Below are positions 38,801-51,582 of a stretch of DNA of 64,000 nucleotides, in pieces. This stretch comes from Tubiluchus corallicola (taxonomy: Eukaryota; Animalia; Priapulida): NCBI GenBank assembly GCA_030141605.1, contig JAQGDQ010000245.1:62001-126000 (forward strand), written 5' to 3'. How positions within the stretch are numbered: the first letter of the stretch is position 1; the number at the start of each line of letters is the position of its first letter. Made by a program: the position numbers and the translations under genes. Below the pieces are notes generated by a model. That model was not told the DNA's origin, ran no database searches, and worked only from the letters and a program-made list of their open reading frames with translations.

Positions 38801-40993
38801 TATAATATTTGAGACCCTGATACAATACGTAAAATTTTGGTTATATGAATACAGACTAAGCTGCAATATAAAAAGTAATTACTATAATGTTATCTTTTAA
38901 TGAAAATAGATTTAAGTATTGGCTACTTACTGTATGGGTTATTACGATGAAATTTGTAGACGTATAATGGGGCTTTTGTAATACAAAAATTTTACCTCTC
39001 TAAGTGTGAAAATAAACCCTTTTTGAAAAACCTGCTGAGGCCGTGTGTAAATATTGAAATTTATTACTATAGGTTAATAATTCAGTTTCGGTAAAAATTT
39101 TTTTTGTGAAATTTGGTTCGCGCAAAAAAAGTTTGAAAAATTCAGTACAGGTTCGGTTCGGTAAAATCGTGATCCCTTAGTAGTTTAACCTTTCAGTTCC
39201 TGGGTTAAATAACCAAATGCTCATGCAACTCACTAATGCGTTAGCTACTAGTAGATGAAAACAATATTAGAAAAAAATATAAGTTATGAGTATAGTAACT
39301 CTATCACTGTACAGTCTATTGTTAAGAAAAGCAAATGTTTCAACTGGTAACATGTCATTATCAGAAGCAAGGTGATGGCAACAATTTATCCAAACAATAA
39401 ATTTGAATCTAATTCCAATTAACTAAACTAAACCCTCTCATTTACACATGTAAACATGACAGCCTTACTCTTACCAACCAAAATAAAAATTATTATGAAT
39501 AATATTACTAAAAACCTGAGCGTATTTTGCTCGGCGTTTGAATATGATCAGTCCTTTACTGTTTAATGCAGATATCATGTACATGTAAGAGCAATTCTTT
39601 GTAAAACTCTAAGCTAAGTTATAAAGCAAACACCCAAAAATACATGTCAGTACCGAGTTCCATTGTAGAATATATTAAGACATCACAAACGTTCGTCCCT
39701 TATCATTATATTCATTATCAATGATTGGCTAAACAAAACTTCTGATAAAACACTGGTTCAGGTAACTAGCCTCTTTTTACCTATATTCATTCTACATGAC
39801 ATCAGTTTGACTGGTTGAACAACAGTAGTACGGAGCAGTTCCTATACCTAAGTATGAATGCAGGCCGCGAAGCACGCCAGTAGCCGAAGTAGGACACTTC
39901 CGCTAAATTGCATTGTGGAAAAGCAGTGTCGAGTAGGGCACTGGCGATTTCTGTCGAGAATTATGACATGATAAATCTAAATTTGTTTTAGAAAAAAGTA
40001 ACTTTATAATAATGATGGATAGTCATTGACAATTTACAAATGTATTTTTTACAATAATATTATCGTTATTATTATTAGCTCCTATAATATCATTATGACA
40101 TTAAACTTAGTATCTAATGCTTTAAAGAGAGAAACTATGTAGGGCATATAGCTCGCTAGCCTGTTTACTTAGAAGAAATAGGCCAAGAGGTAGTGAAACG
40201 AAATAAATAATTTTAATAGCTTGTTAAGCAAATGTTGGAATCGCCTAAAAAGCGGGCTTATTTCACTCCAAAAAGACTAATATTGAAGCCAAATTTAATA
40301 TTGGCCGTTCTACTAGCTCAGAATAAGATTTTTTTATTTTATCAAATGTATAATAATAATTGATGTTTTCAATTATTAATATTAAATATACACTGACAAC
40401 AGACGCTGCCAGTACGGTTAATGACTCAATTTGTGACCAGTCTAGCGTCCTACTTGGGCTAGCCCATGTACACCAATTTTCCTACTTCGGCTAGTATCCT
40501 ACTCTGCTCCCAACAATGAACACAGTTGAATATGGCTACATACCAGTCTTCCGTTATCCCGTTTCTGAAAAGTTTCATTATTTCAAGTACAATATGGTAA
40601 TAACTAACGACTATGCTAATCTTTGTCAACTTTGCTGGAAATTGTGAAATAAATAAATTCTAATTCCAGAATGATTCCATGTATTTAGTTCATAATCCGT
40701 AGATGGGGTATTACCATTAGCGCATGTATTACTTGCCATCTATTTCACCAATTTTGCAGTAACTGAGAATTTGCAAAGGCTTACTAAGCCACATATTAAC
40801 ACTGTCGCAGGTAGTGGGAGGTTACCGTTAGAAGAGTGTTCTCCCCACTAAGCTAAAATGGGATCTATGTGGATTTAAATGCCATATAATCAACTTCAGT
40901 GTTAATAGAAAAAAAGTTATACGTCGTGCGACCTACTTACACTTTGTCAGTAAGTTCTCGAATTTTGTACATATTCACCGGGAAATTCATCAT
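26825..40993 (-). CDS. CLINT1: Clathrin interactor 1 / epsinR (ENTH domain, DFxxF motifs, M/Q/P-rich tail)
   Basis: In-phase exons: 40993-40941, 37739-37538, 36952-36814, 35455-35318, 32908-32731, 31901-31703, 31406-31256, 30327-30258, 28994-28913, 28563-28120, 27721-27601, 27425-27381, 26868-26825. Motifs NMYKIRELTDKVTNVVMNYTEVEAKVREATNDDPWGP, NGSERVVTSAREH, KIDLGAAA, GDFGDFSAF, STWTNIGKVDISLDSL; ends NFASFTS*. Confidence 0.93.
29260..29365. repeat. Fold-back inverted repeat with a perfect 22-bp-arm palindrome at 29290-29334
   Basis: taatttaaaactgtttaaaaaa-c-ttttttaaacagttttaaatta, with imperfect outer arms aaaacaacac / gtgttgtttt. Confidence 0.85.
29915..30065 (+). mobile_element. Degenerate tRNA-derived SINE, possibly MetaSINE-like
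   Basis: A-box-like agttcaatgatag and B-box-like ctcaactcc, followed by ccgagtcata...caaagactt.ataaatggtactgctgg, which I recall as a metazoan SINE central motif. Confidence 0.4.
32404..32465. repeat. Perfect 30-bp tandem duplication
   Basis: atgtcaaacaaattctgtctgcagttataa occurs twice. Confidence 0.9.
38294..39182. mobile_element. hAT-type MITE in CLINT1 intron 1
   Basis: Ends tagggatgcac... and ...gtgatccctta, with subterminal ttcgg/ccgaa repeats. Flanking 8-mers gttcaacc / gtttaacc form a near-perfect TSD. Confidence 0.7.
39831..40511. mobile_element. MITE-like element with inverted termini
   Basis: ggagcag at the left end and ctgctcc at the right. Internal inverted copies tagccgaagtagga (~39881) and tcctacttcggcta (~40480). 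Confidence 0.5.
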
Positions 40994-41146
40994 GTTGCCG
41001 GTTTACTAATTTCTATTTAACTACGATTTAAAAGAAGACAGATGTTAAAGGATTTTACGAACACTTTCTCACAAAAATTAGAACGGCGATGACACAATTT
41101 ACATCGTGGAGTTTACTACTGGGGGCGTGCCGTATGCCGTGTCGCG

Positions 41147-41424
41147 GTAACAAGTGAACATCTGCAAACAAAAACACGTGTTTTACTAAATGTACGTAAA
41201 AAATGAAAATTTGTTCTTTTTTATGGAAGTTTGAATTTTTCCAAATGTTTTTCTCCTATTGGAAAAAGGTTTTTCGATTGCCGTCAATCCACCTAAATAC
41301 ATAATTGCTTGATATCTATTGTTTGTTGTACTACAATTTAAGTGGATTGTCCATATCAAAGAAGTTAAGGTAAATGGGGTTAGTTATTACCGTAGGCCCT
41401 TCAGTGTAACAAGTGAACATCTGC
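41147..41424. repeat. ~240-bp insert flanked by a perfect 19-bp direct repeat, upstream of the CLINT1 start
   Basis: gtaacaagtgaacatctgc at 41147-41165 and 41406-41424. The first part of the insert resembles 43680-43785. Confidence 0.7.
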
Positions 41425-41520
41425 GATTCATCTACTAAAACCTTTACGTCATATTTTAATTAACGATAGTCTCGAAAACTCGAATGCAAAATCTGATTTG
41501 CGTTGGTGCCAATTGAATTA

Positions 41521-42190
41521 CCATACCATACTGCCACTTTTAAATTAGAGTGGTAGACCTTAATCGAGCAAGCTCATTGTAACCCCATATTTTGTATCTA
41601 AATATTTATCCAGCTTGTTCTTGAAACTATTCACTGAAGAAGCTTTAGCAATTTTAGATGCAAGTAAATTCCACTCTGTAACCACTGTTTCGTGAAATTT
41701 TTTTCTACAATTCAATTTAGCTCTTTGTTTATAAATTTTAAGAGAGTGCCCTCTGGTTCTGCCGTCATTTGCTAGTGTAAACATTTTTTCTCTTTCAATG
41801 CCACGTAACCCAGGCATAATTTTATACGTTTGCATCATGTAATTTTATACGTCTCCTCAACTCTAAAGTTGTGAGTGAGCATTTTCTAAGCCTCTTTTGA
41901 TATGACATTTGCCTCCATACCTCCAATAATGCTCATGATGCTACGCTGCAAACCCTCTAGAAGCTTAATGTCTTTTTTATAGTGTGGATTCCATGTTTGT
42001 ACACAATACTCTAATTTGGGTCTTTCTGAGCTTTTGTACAATTTCATGATTGTTGTAATGTTTCTGGATAGAAACTGTCTCTTTATCATTCCTAATGTTT
42101 GATTAGCACTCTTAACCGCCTCAACACACTGGCTCACAGATTTCAAGTCATCAGTTAACAAATCCTTTTCTTGTCCATAAATGCAAATTT
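41521..42190 (-). mobile_element. CR1-clade LINE 3' fragment
   Basis: ORFs 41886-42161 (ANQTLGMIKR...LYKS.ERPKLEYCVQTWNPHYKKDI..LE..QR) and 41560-41838 (RTRGHSLKIY...SVNSFKNKLDKY). (CCATA)n tail at 41521. Confidence 0.88.
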
Positions 42191-44246
42191 TGTCTCTTTA
42201 TTTTTGTAATTGTAGTTTTGGCATGTTACGTAATTGTAGTTGTGCAAATAAACCTGAACTGAATCGAATTGACAACATTAGATTGATACCTGCACAATAA
42301 TTTTGGTAATTATTATCAGTAACATTTCTGATCTGGGGGGAGGCAGATGACCTCGATATCACATATATTCTTTTGCCGCCCTTGCCCCAATCAGTTCAGT
42401 AACCACTTGTGTATGCGTGTGTTGGCATAAAGTGTAGGTGTAAATTGTGTATAGTTCTTGCATGTGTGCACTTATTTATTATACGTATGTTAAATAAATA
42501 ATATGTGCATGGTTATATAAATTTATATAATGCAAGTCCAAGTATCATTACCTAATATGATACATTATGTATATTTTGTGAATAGTATAATTTAATGGGC
42601 ACATACTCCTTGTACATTATAAGTTATTTCACTAATTTTTGTATACTAAGAAATCTTCCAGTAAGCTTAATTGCATGCAAATACTAACCATATACGTGTG
42701 CTTGCATAGCAGAATCGTCCATAAGTCAGAAATTAAGCTTTTTTAGTTTTTCACATGCCCTGAATCTCCATTTTGTAAGGATTATTTTGGTACCAAGCTC
42801 ATTGCTGTATGTTATTTCTAAGCTGAGGTATTCCACGTTGAGTTCAGGTGTGCGCTACGCTCTGGAAAACATAATCTCGAGAGAAAATCTCTGTTAAAGT
42901 GAGCCATTGTTTTTTATCGAGTCTCTACAAAACACTTAGGAATCGTACGAAAGTGGGGTTGCTATGGACTTTACAAGAGCACAATGAAGTTGTGTTTAAA
43001 TTCAGTAGATGGCTCTTCCTGACAAAGATCTGGTGTTGTCAACAGAAAAAAATCAGAAGCAAAATGACTGCTTCCTCGAGCTACTATCGGAGTTTGAAAA
43101 AGGATTTTTCTACAATTGCAGTACTAGTTTCTAGTCAGAAAAGTGGACACGGGGTTGTGAAATTAAAATTTTAGTATTTTTTGACATTTCCTTGTTAATT
43201 TGATGCTAGCATATAAAAGTCCAATATATTTTGTGTTTGTTTTCATGAAAAACCAAAAAATTAGCATTTGACCAACATTTTGGTGCATTCTGGTGCAAAC
43301 ATCATAACGTAATTTTAGCTACATGCCAACTTATGGACGTTTTGGTTTGCAAACACTCATATATCACTTTATTGTAAATTTAGCCATCTTTGTAATAACA
43401 GTCAACACTGTAGTTAATACTGGTGTGGCTGACTTGATAAGTAACTCCTTCACCTATACATTGTTATTAAAAATTAATCATAACATTATATTTGTATTTT
43501 GTTTTTATTCACGACAGTTGCATTGTACTACTATTTTTTACTAACAGATGAAAAATAAACGAATTCTAATTCTTGTGTATTTTTTAATGTTATCAAAAGT
43601 TATATAAAATTATAATTCTTTAGTTAATTATCTTGTTATTATAAATGGTAATAAATAAATTCACCTATGCTGTAAACAGAAACGCGTGTTTTACTGTTTT
43701 ACTAAATTCGTAGAAAATTTGTCTTTCTTTTTGGTGGAAATGTGAATTTTTCCTAATTTTTTTCCTGGTAAAGGTTTTTTCATTTCAGGGTGAAATGCAG
43801 TTAAGCATACCTGCTGTCTATGCTTTGAATGTGTGCTTGCATGACAGCTATTGTCACAATTATTGTGCTGTATTAGAACTGAAGCGAATAGTTCAGTAGC
43901 AAGGCAGTCATGATGTGGTAAGCGAGGGTTACTTTAGGTACTACCATTATAGTGCTGTCTGAGGAGCGAATAAAACTAGAAGGAAACTAAACACGTTATT
44001 TTGATGGTTATTATAATTGCTAATTTGCTTCTTTTACCATGTTATATGGTTGGATTTTTTATTCTGTTCGATTTAGTTAGTTTGTTTTTCTAAATCCAAG
44101 TGAGTTTGTACACATTTTTTCACATACATGTTCGTATTTTTTATTTCATTTGCCTTTTTTATTTTCAGTTGTCCACGCAAGTCTATATGTACAGTAGCCT
44201 GTATTAAGACAAGACAGATTAAGACAATTTAAACTACAAGCAAAGT

Positions 44247-47200
44247 ATGACATCTGAAAATGCCCAGCCTCATTCTGGACCTAATTTGGTCGACGAGTTT
44301 GAAGCCACATTTCAAGTGAGTCTGATATTTGTTTAATAATAAATTATTGTGACTTTGCCAAATACAAATTTGTTCAAAACCATCATTATAATGGTCGAAA
44401 TGTCCTGAAATTATGTTGATGGTTTTTGATAAATCAGGACTTAAGTTACCAAAATCAGGATTTAAGTTACTTCTGTCATTCCAGTCATTCCAGTGCTTGA
44501 CTAGATGTCATTAATCACCTTTGACACTGTGCCTCTATACTAGCTAGGTATATGGCTCAGTAATCAGATAACCCTGTTTGGGCAGTGTCAGTGTGAATGA
44601 TCATATATGCCATCACATTTATAAATGTTGCTTCTCATCCCATGCTTTCATGCATTTTTATGCCTCTACATAATTTGGCATGACGTAAATATCCTGTAAC
44701 TGAAACAGCTGACCAAAAATACCTTTGCTGAACCGATTATAGCAAATAAAAGCAGGAACAGGTTGCGGTTACAAATACTGTGTTGATAATAGAAGGAGCT
44801 GTTGAGTCGTTTATTGATGCAGTGGGATTTTCTTATTACAAAATTCAACTGAAATCATAGAAAATTTTACGTTATGGAAAGTTTGTTCAACCGGAATGTG
44901 TATGTCATCTGTGCATGTATGTACAATACAAAGTAGAGGTCTTGCATGTAATCTCACTAACATTGCTTAAGAATTAGCTTAAAGAGTGTTCTTTATACAA
45001 AATATCATATAAAATACATGCGCCATAAATCCAAATAAGCATGCGATAACAAAACATATCATTTCTCTGTTGAAAATATAGCTTATCATGAGATTTGTCA
45101 GCTTACCTACAATGTTGTTTTTCATTGTGCAGGAATGTTTTGAAGCTTTGATTGGACAAGAGCAATTCAATGTACAAGATTCTGGTGACAGAAAGACAGG
45201 TATTAATGTCAAGGTGGTTGTTGTTGATATTATATCATGCCACTGAGTTGTTGAAGCATGCTGGAAATTTTAGGGTGTTTTGCCGTATTTTAATATATTT
45301 TATGATTTTTATACTCTGTTTTGTTTTAAAGTTTATATTAAAATCAACTCATTCAACTGCAAAAATACTTTAAATTTAAATTTTTTTGTTAATATTTTGT
45401 TGGCTAATAGCTTGATACAGCTTATTAAAAATAACAGTGTGGTTATGTGAGGTACGCTCACATACACAAATACAAGTGCACATATTTGCATAATTTATAA
45501 ATGAATTGAGTAAAATGTGATTAAATATAAAATTAAGATTTAAAATATAGCTTCCATTTTTTAGATGTAGAATGCAGCATGATGAAATTTCTGGATAAGG
45601 CTAAACAGCTGGAATGCTTCTTCTTGCAGAAGCGGCTTCGTTTTTCATCCCAGAAGCCAGACTTGGTTATGAAAGAGGTGAGTTACTGTACGAAATTAAA
45701 TGCTACTTGTTAGATTTTGTTATATTTAAACACACTGTATGGTGTAATGTGGATGTTTTTGTTTTCCATTTCATTGCCGAAAATGTCTGGCTCGTCATTG
45801 TTATATTCCCAAAGTGTAGCATGTCACACATGTGCAGTTATTATGTACAGTATTTACTTTTTTACGGCTTGGGGCCCTTATTTTTTCCATCAGTGGAACT
45901 TATCTGACCTGACAAAATCGGCACTAGTTGTTGCTTTATAACTTAAATTAATCTTTAAGTTGCTGTGTCAATGAACATAACATACTGTAACAGTTCCCAA
46001 TTTTTCTAAACGAAATCTCTTATGTATTTGCCAACTGGCCGCACAAAGTCCTACTGTATCTATGCATAGTCACCCAGGTAAGTGGTGCATGCTAAATGAT
46101 TAAAAGACAGAAATATACTGTACAGTAGATTTTGCATAATTCACAGAAACATTGTCAGTTTAATGCACGCTTTCTTACATTAACACACTTCTTTGAACTA
46201 ACAGGTAAGCACATTGCAGCTAATTTAATAAGTACATATGCGTGCATGTAAATCTGATTTCAGAATGAGTGAAAGCCAAATTTAGCCCGAGGCCTGAGAC
46301 TGACGCATAGCATTTTTCAATACATTGATATGTGTCTTGCAGCCATTCAAACATGGACTCTTATTATTTTTCCATTCTGTTTCCTTGGCCACTTCTTTGG
46401 ATGAGCCCTGAAATGTGGATTAAAAAATGTGGATTTCTCTAGCAACTGTAATAAAATGCCTACTTAAGTGTTTGTATATTTTTGGAGATTTCTGCAAACT
46501 TTATACCATTTTGACTTTTGTAGATCTTTTCAAGCCTTACAAATCCCATTGCTACCTGTGTACGGTAGTCTAAACTATAGGCAAAAACTCCAATTTGAGA
46601 AAATTGTTCCATACTTAAACAAAATACATAATACCCAGATTTGAAATTTCAGCTAATTTCTTTGCTGCGTTGAAGCTACTAATATAGTACATATTTGCAT
46701 GTATGGAATTTGGCTACCAGCTATACCTTTCTAGGCTAAATGAAAAATACGCTTTTTTGGGCATATTGCAAAAAATTACATTACACTCTTTACTCATATT
46801 TTTGCAATATTTTCAACTTACTTGTTTGTTCAGTGATTATGTAAGCTCTGACATGTGATTTTACAACATTCCGACGTTTAATGATATTCAGAGTCTACAG
46901 GCTCTCCTAGATGAACCTCTGCATTTGTTTTCTTAGGAGGGCATGCCATCAATAACTTTTAGGTGCTAGTCAAGCATGGGCCCTAGAAGAAGTAAATACA
47001 GTAGTTGTAAAACTCTGTGTTTATCAGCATGTTATTCAGGATGACAAATGGGCAACCTGAGAACTCATGCCGCACAGTTATAGTTTGTGGCACTTACATT
47101 TTATGCCCTTTCACGAAAATGTTTGTATGGGAAAATTTTAGATTTGTAAAATTTATCAGTGTTGCCTCGCAGCTGCAATAAATTGCGGAGATAAATTGAT

Positions 47201-50097
47201 AAAATAATAAAGTACTACCAAGAAAAAACAAAAAACTGGTTTGTGAAGAAATAAATTCCCCCGCTGTATTTCAAAAGCGGCTTCTATAAATGCTAATGCA
47301 GAACAGAGCATTATAATGGTAGTTGTAGACTATTCTTTCTAGCCTTGCAAGACTTGCTGTGTTTAGCTGAGAATTTTGAACTTTGTTACAGTTGATTAAA
47401 GTCAAATAAAAGTCTGTTGTCATCGAGGTAAATTAAGATTAATGTTCATAAATTAGTTAATAGATCCAAACGTAATTATGCCAAAAGAAGATATTTCAAT
47501 TCACGTTATGACGGAGATAATCAAAAAATCTTAAATTACCTTGACGAGCCAAGAAACCAGTGCATCACAAACATTATTATGTAAATAGAACTAATTGCAA
47601 TGACATCAGTGTTATAGACACCAAATACCAGCGATAAATGTCGTACATCATTGAAAAGCGCTCGAAATTATATGTAAATAATGTGTGATAAGCTTGCAGC
47701 TACAAGCGTGATTATAAATATATTCTACATTTAACTCAAAACATGTTCCGCACAGAAACTTTGAACGCAAATTATGTTAGAAATATTACAGCATTACTTA
47801 ATTACTAATTACATACCATCTTTCTTTGTTGCAATGGGCAGGGGACGTCTCAAGTAGCATTTACATGGGAAATTAAATTGTTGTGTCTTTTGCCATTTTA
47901 CAATTCCGACAGAATCAACTTTTTCAGTGCACTTGATCAAAATGACATCCTCTGTAAAGTGCTGCCCGGGGCGCACCACTGCCTCTCCCCCTTAGGTACA
48001 TGACTAGGGAATACCAGTGATGTTGTTATTTTTTATCATTCATTACCTAGTTTTCTAAATGTCAATAACTGAACTTAATTCAATCAGCAACAGTAAAAAA
48101 ATTGAAGAAGTTGATGACAGGATAGTTGATGACAGGATTCTTCATAAGAACAAATACTTTTGTTTTCTGTAATTGCAGTGCACACTTTACTAACTAATAA
48201 AAGCGTAAATTACTTTTCTATTGACAGACTAAGCTGTCAATAAATTTAATAATATGTTTTTGGTGAGACAGTGATGCATACAGGAATAGTAAGTGAGTGA
48301 TGTTTGCCAGTTTACCCAGATGTAAATCGTTGAGAATTTTGTTCTGCAATTATATAAGTCTTTCAAATAAGTAAGTGAAATGCTAAAGTAGTATGTATAT
48401 CTTTGTATGAAAAGTTTTTGGGATATTCTTTAAAATTCCCTTTCTTGCTTTTAAATGTAGCAAGATACATTGGCGCTTAAACACAGCTATGTTTTCCTTT
48501 GTGTTTAGGACGTAATGGAGCTCAGAATTGAACTGATGCGAAAGGAACAACAGTTGCAGAAGCTGGGACAGCGTGTTCAGAAATGGAAAGACATATTAGC
48601 TGGTACTCAACCTCGTCTGCAACATCAGCAGCCACCTCCACTTCAGCATCCTCCTCAAGGAACGCAGTCCCTTCCATCAAGACAGGTATGACCTTGAAAA
48701 CGTTCAAATTTCAGAAGGTGGTGAGTTTTTACAATTTTGGTGCTGCAGTGAAATTGATTAAAGAATTAATTATAGAGCAGTGTTGTAGTCAAGTCTTTCA
48801 GCTCAAGTCCAAGGTCGAGTCCCGTCCTTGGGGTTCAAATCCGAGTTAAACCTCGAGTCATTGTGCCCAAGTCCGAGTCAAGTCTCCTCTTATTATCTCC
48901 AAGTCTGAGTCAAGTCATGATTCATTAATGTCTGCACCTGAGTCGAGTGCTAATTTGTATTCATATAGTCATGTTCAACTTCAAATCGAGTTTCAAATCA
49001 AAATAATCCAAGATTTAATCATTTCTCTTGTTTACTTTGCTAAGTTTATTGAGTAATACTGATGTCTCAAATTTTGCTATATGCCAGACACTTTTGCATT
49101 AAAAAACTGTGCATGATTTATTTTGAATTTTTCTGATGCATTTTCAAGTGTCTGTTTTTTAAACTGAGTGCAGACACTTACAAAGTCCGGCAAACCTAGA
49201 TTCCAATTTAGGCGTAATGTGAAAACATATATTACAAAGACAATGAACACAGATTGAACATGGAATTGAAGTACTTTTCTAAATAAGACGGTCGTAATTA
49301 TTTAGTTATAACAAGCATAAATATGTTTGTTTAACTGTCTATAGAGTCACTATTCGAGTCAGTGCTTCATCGTTTCGTGTCTGAGTTAAGTCGCGAGTCA
49401 TTTATTGCAAGTCTGAGTCAAGTATCGAGTCAGCAACATGCGACTCCAAGTCTAAAGCAATTTGCAAATCGAGTACTAGAACACTGTTATAGAGTTACAG
49501 AGTTTTATAAGATATCAAAGCCGTGCATGCAAGCAAATGCTTTTGAGTGTGTACTGTAGACTAGTTATATGTTGATGTGGTTTATATGGAATGGTGCTGT
49601 ATTCGACACTTCGTGCCATTTTTCTAATAATGCTCAGTCATTCACGTACAACTTTATTTTAATAGACCACTACATATTGCATGATTTAAAAAGAAAGTTA
49701 TTATTAAAAAACGTACAGGTAATAACATTTTTTAAATTATATTTTATTATATTTACAGGCAGTCCCTTCCGCCTCTGCACACAATCCTATGCAGCAAGGA
49801 GCAACAGGAATGCCTGTTGGTCCTGGAATACATGGGGCACCAGGATTGTCAGGTGGCCCTTCGATGCAGGGTGCACCAGTCATGTCAACTATTCCCAGTA
49901 TGCAATCTACAATGCCAGGTCCAGGTACCATGCAGCATCCCTCCATGGGTCAGCATACAGTCGGTGCAGGTTATCAACCTCAGTATCCTCACGGACAGAT
50001 GTATGGTGGACCTCAGGTGCCAATGCAACAACTAAATGGTCCTCTGGCCTACTTGGAGCAGACAGCAGCAAATGTAGGGATGCCAGAAAGAAGATAG
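44247..50097 (+). CDS. MED28: Mediator subunit 28
   Basis: Exons 44247-44315 ([11 protein letters not shown]), 45133-45199 (ECFEALI), 45565-45677 ([18 protein letters not shown]...KPDLVMKE), 48509-48685 ([14 protein letters not shown]...QKWKDIL) and 49759-50097 (...[14 protein letters not shown]), all in phase. Confidence 0.92.
48778..49486. mobile_element. hAT-type MITE in MED28 intron 4
   Basis: TIRs cagtgtt.tagt / act.gaacactg, perfect 8-bp TSD ttatagag (48770-48777 and 49487-49494), and many subterminal cgagtc/aagtc repeats. Confidence 0.88.
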
Positions 50098-51475
50098 TAT
50101 AAATAAAGAAGTGTCGGGTGTAGTTTTGTAAATAAGATGTACACTGTAAGTGAAGTTTCTATGGTTTCTCACCCGTACTTTGGGTTTGGGTAATTTCTCA
50201 TTCAAAATTCAAAGACCACAGAGTTGTTTCAGGGAAAAACAGGATTTAGTGAAGAGTACTTGGCACATACATACTCATAGCATTTGAAAAATGTGTGTAA
50301 ATCTGTAGTTAGAATTACATATATAGGCATGACTATGTGCATTGATTATTCACTATTCGTTACTTGTGATTTTTCCGATTATTTGTAAAAATTTATTTTA
50401 TTATTTATTTTTTGTTACAAAAAACAATAAGATTTGGGCAGTTATTTGTTTTTCTTTGTAGTTTAATGGGTGCACCATACGTAATCTTTTAATTGTGAGT
50501 GCTCCCTTCGATTTTCCTTAATTTGTCCTAATATATTTTATTCTTTAAGCCTGTAAATACTAACATTTAAAGGAACTAATAGTTTGGTATAAACAAAGTT
50601 TCCTGTGGTTTCAAGTAAAACTTGTATAGGCCTTGATTTTTTTATGTAGCATTTGTGCTTCCTAACCCTATTCCATGTTATGTACTTTTATGTAAATATT
50701 GTGTTACAGCCTTCATTACAATTGTTAATTTTTTATTATCAGTAGACATTACATCAGTAACTGGATTTTAGTATTAATGAGTTAAACCATAAAGTATTTT
50801 TATCAATAAAGAAATATCACACGCTTGTTCATTTCACTGTACTGCTTATAGTTTTTAGTGGCTTCTGTTCCCTTAATTGAAGAAATGCTAAATGTATGTT
50901 ACTATGTTATGCTGCTTAGGCAGTTAAATTTTGAGTAATCAAGAGTAAGGACACTAATAATTAAAACAAGTCTGTGAAGAGTAACATTTCAGTATAGCTA
51001 GGGTTACAATGGTTTATCAGGTAAAAAAATGAATAAAATTAATTACCACTGTTATAGCTTTTCTTATGTTTTACATTATTACTCAGCTGACAAAACTATA
51101 ATAATAATAATAACAACAACAAAAAATTGAAAAATAATAGGAATTACTACACTAAAGTGTGTAGACTACAGATATAGACACACGCGTCTTTATTGCCATA
51201 TTGGTTATAATTATACTACACCCATATACATTAAATTTCTCGTTTTGTGCTTTGCACAGATTAGATGGTAACAAAATAGCAAATATGCAGCAAAAATGTT
51301 AGTGCACCAAGTTAAAAAGTACAAAAAGGATCTGCTGCTATCAAGATAAATGGACAAATGGTTGACTTTTGAACTCAATAGTCTGCCCAGCGTTCCAGGA
51401 GGTGCTGCCGCCCTCGGAAAGTCCACAAACTATCTCGGAAAACGGCACAAAATCACACGCAGTCACCGTTTACAG

Positions 51476-51492
51476 TGACGTCAGCCATTTTA
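51476..51492 (+). promoter_or_regulatory. CRE palindrome (TGACGTCA) directly followed by a YY1-like GCCATTTT, upstream of SSU72
   Basis: tgacgtcagccatttt lies ~100 bp upstream of the ATG at 51583, within a locally GC/CpG-enriched stretch (51385-51490). Confidence 0.45.
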
Positions 51493-51582
51493 TTAGTGTT
51501 GTTTGCTGGTTTATTTCCATAAGATTGTGTCTCTGTGGTTTTTATACACTTGAATTGCCCCTTCCCAAATATTATAACTATC

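Noticed and set aside
50098-51582. MED28-SSU72 as a trans-spliced operon
   Set aside because: The spacer is 1.5 kb and has AATAAA signals (~50102, ~50805) plus an apparent independent promoter with CRE and YY1-like motifs.
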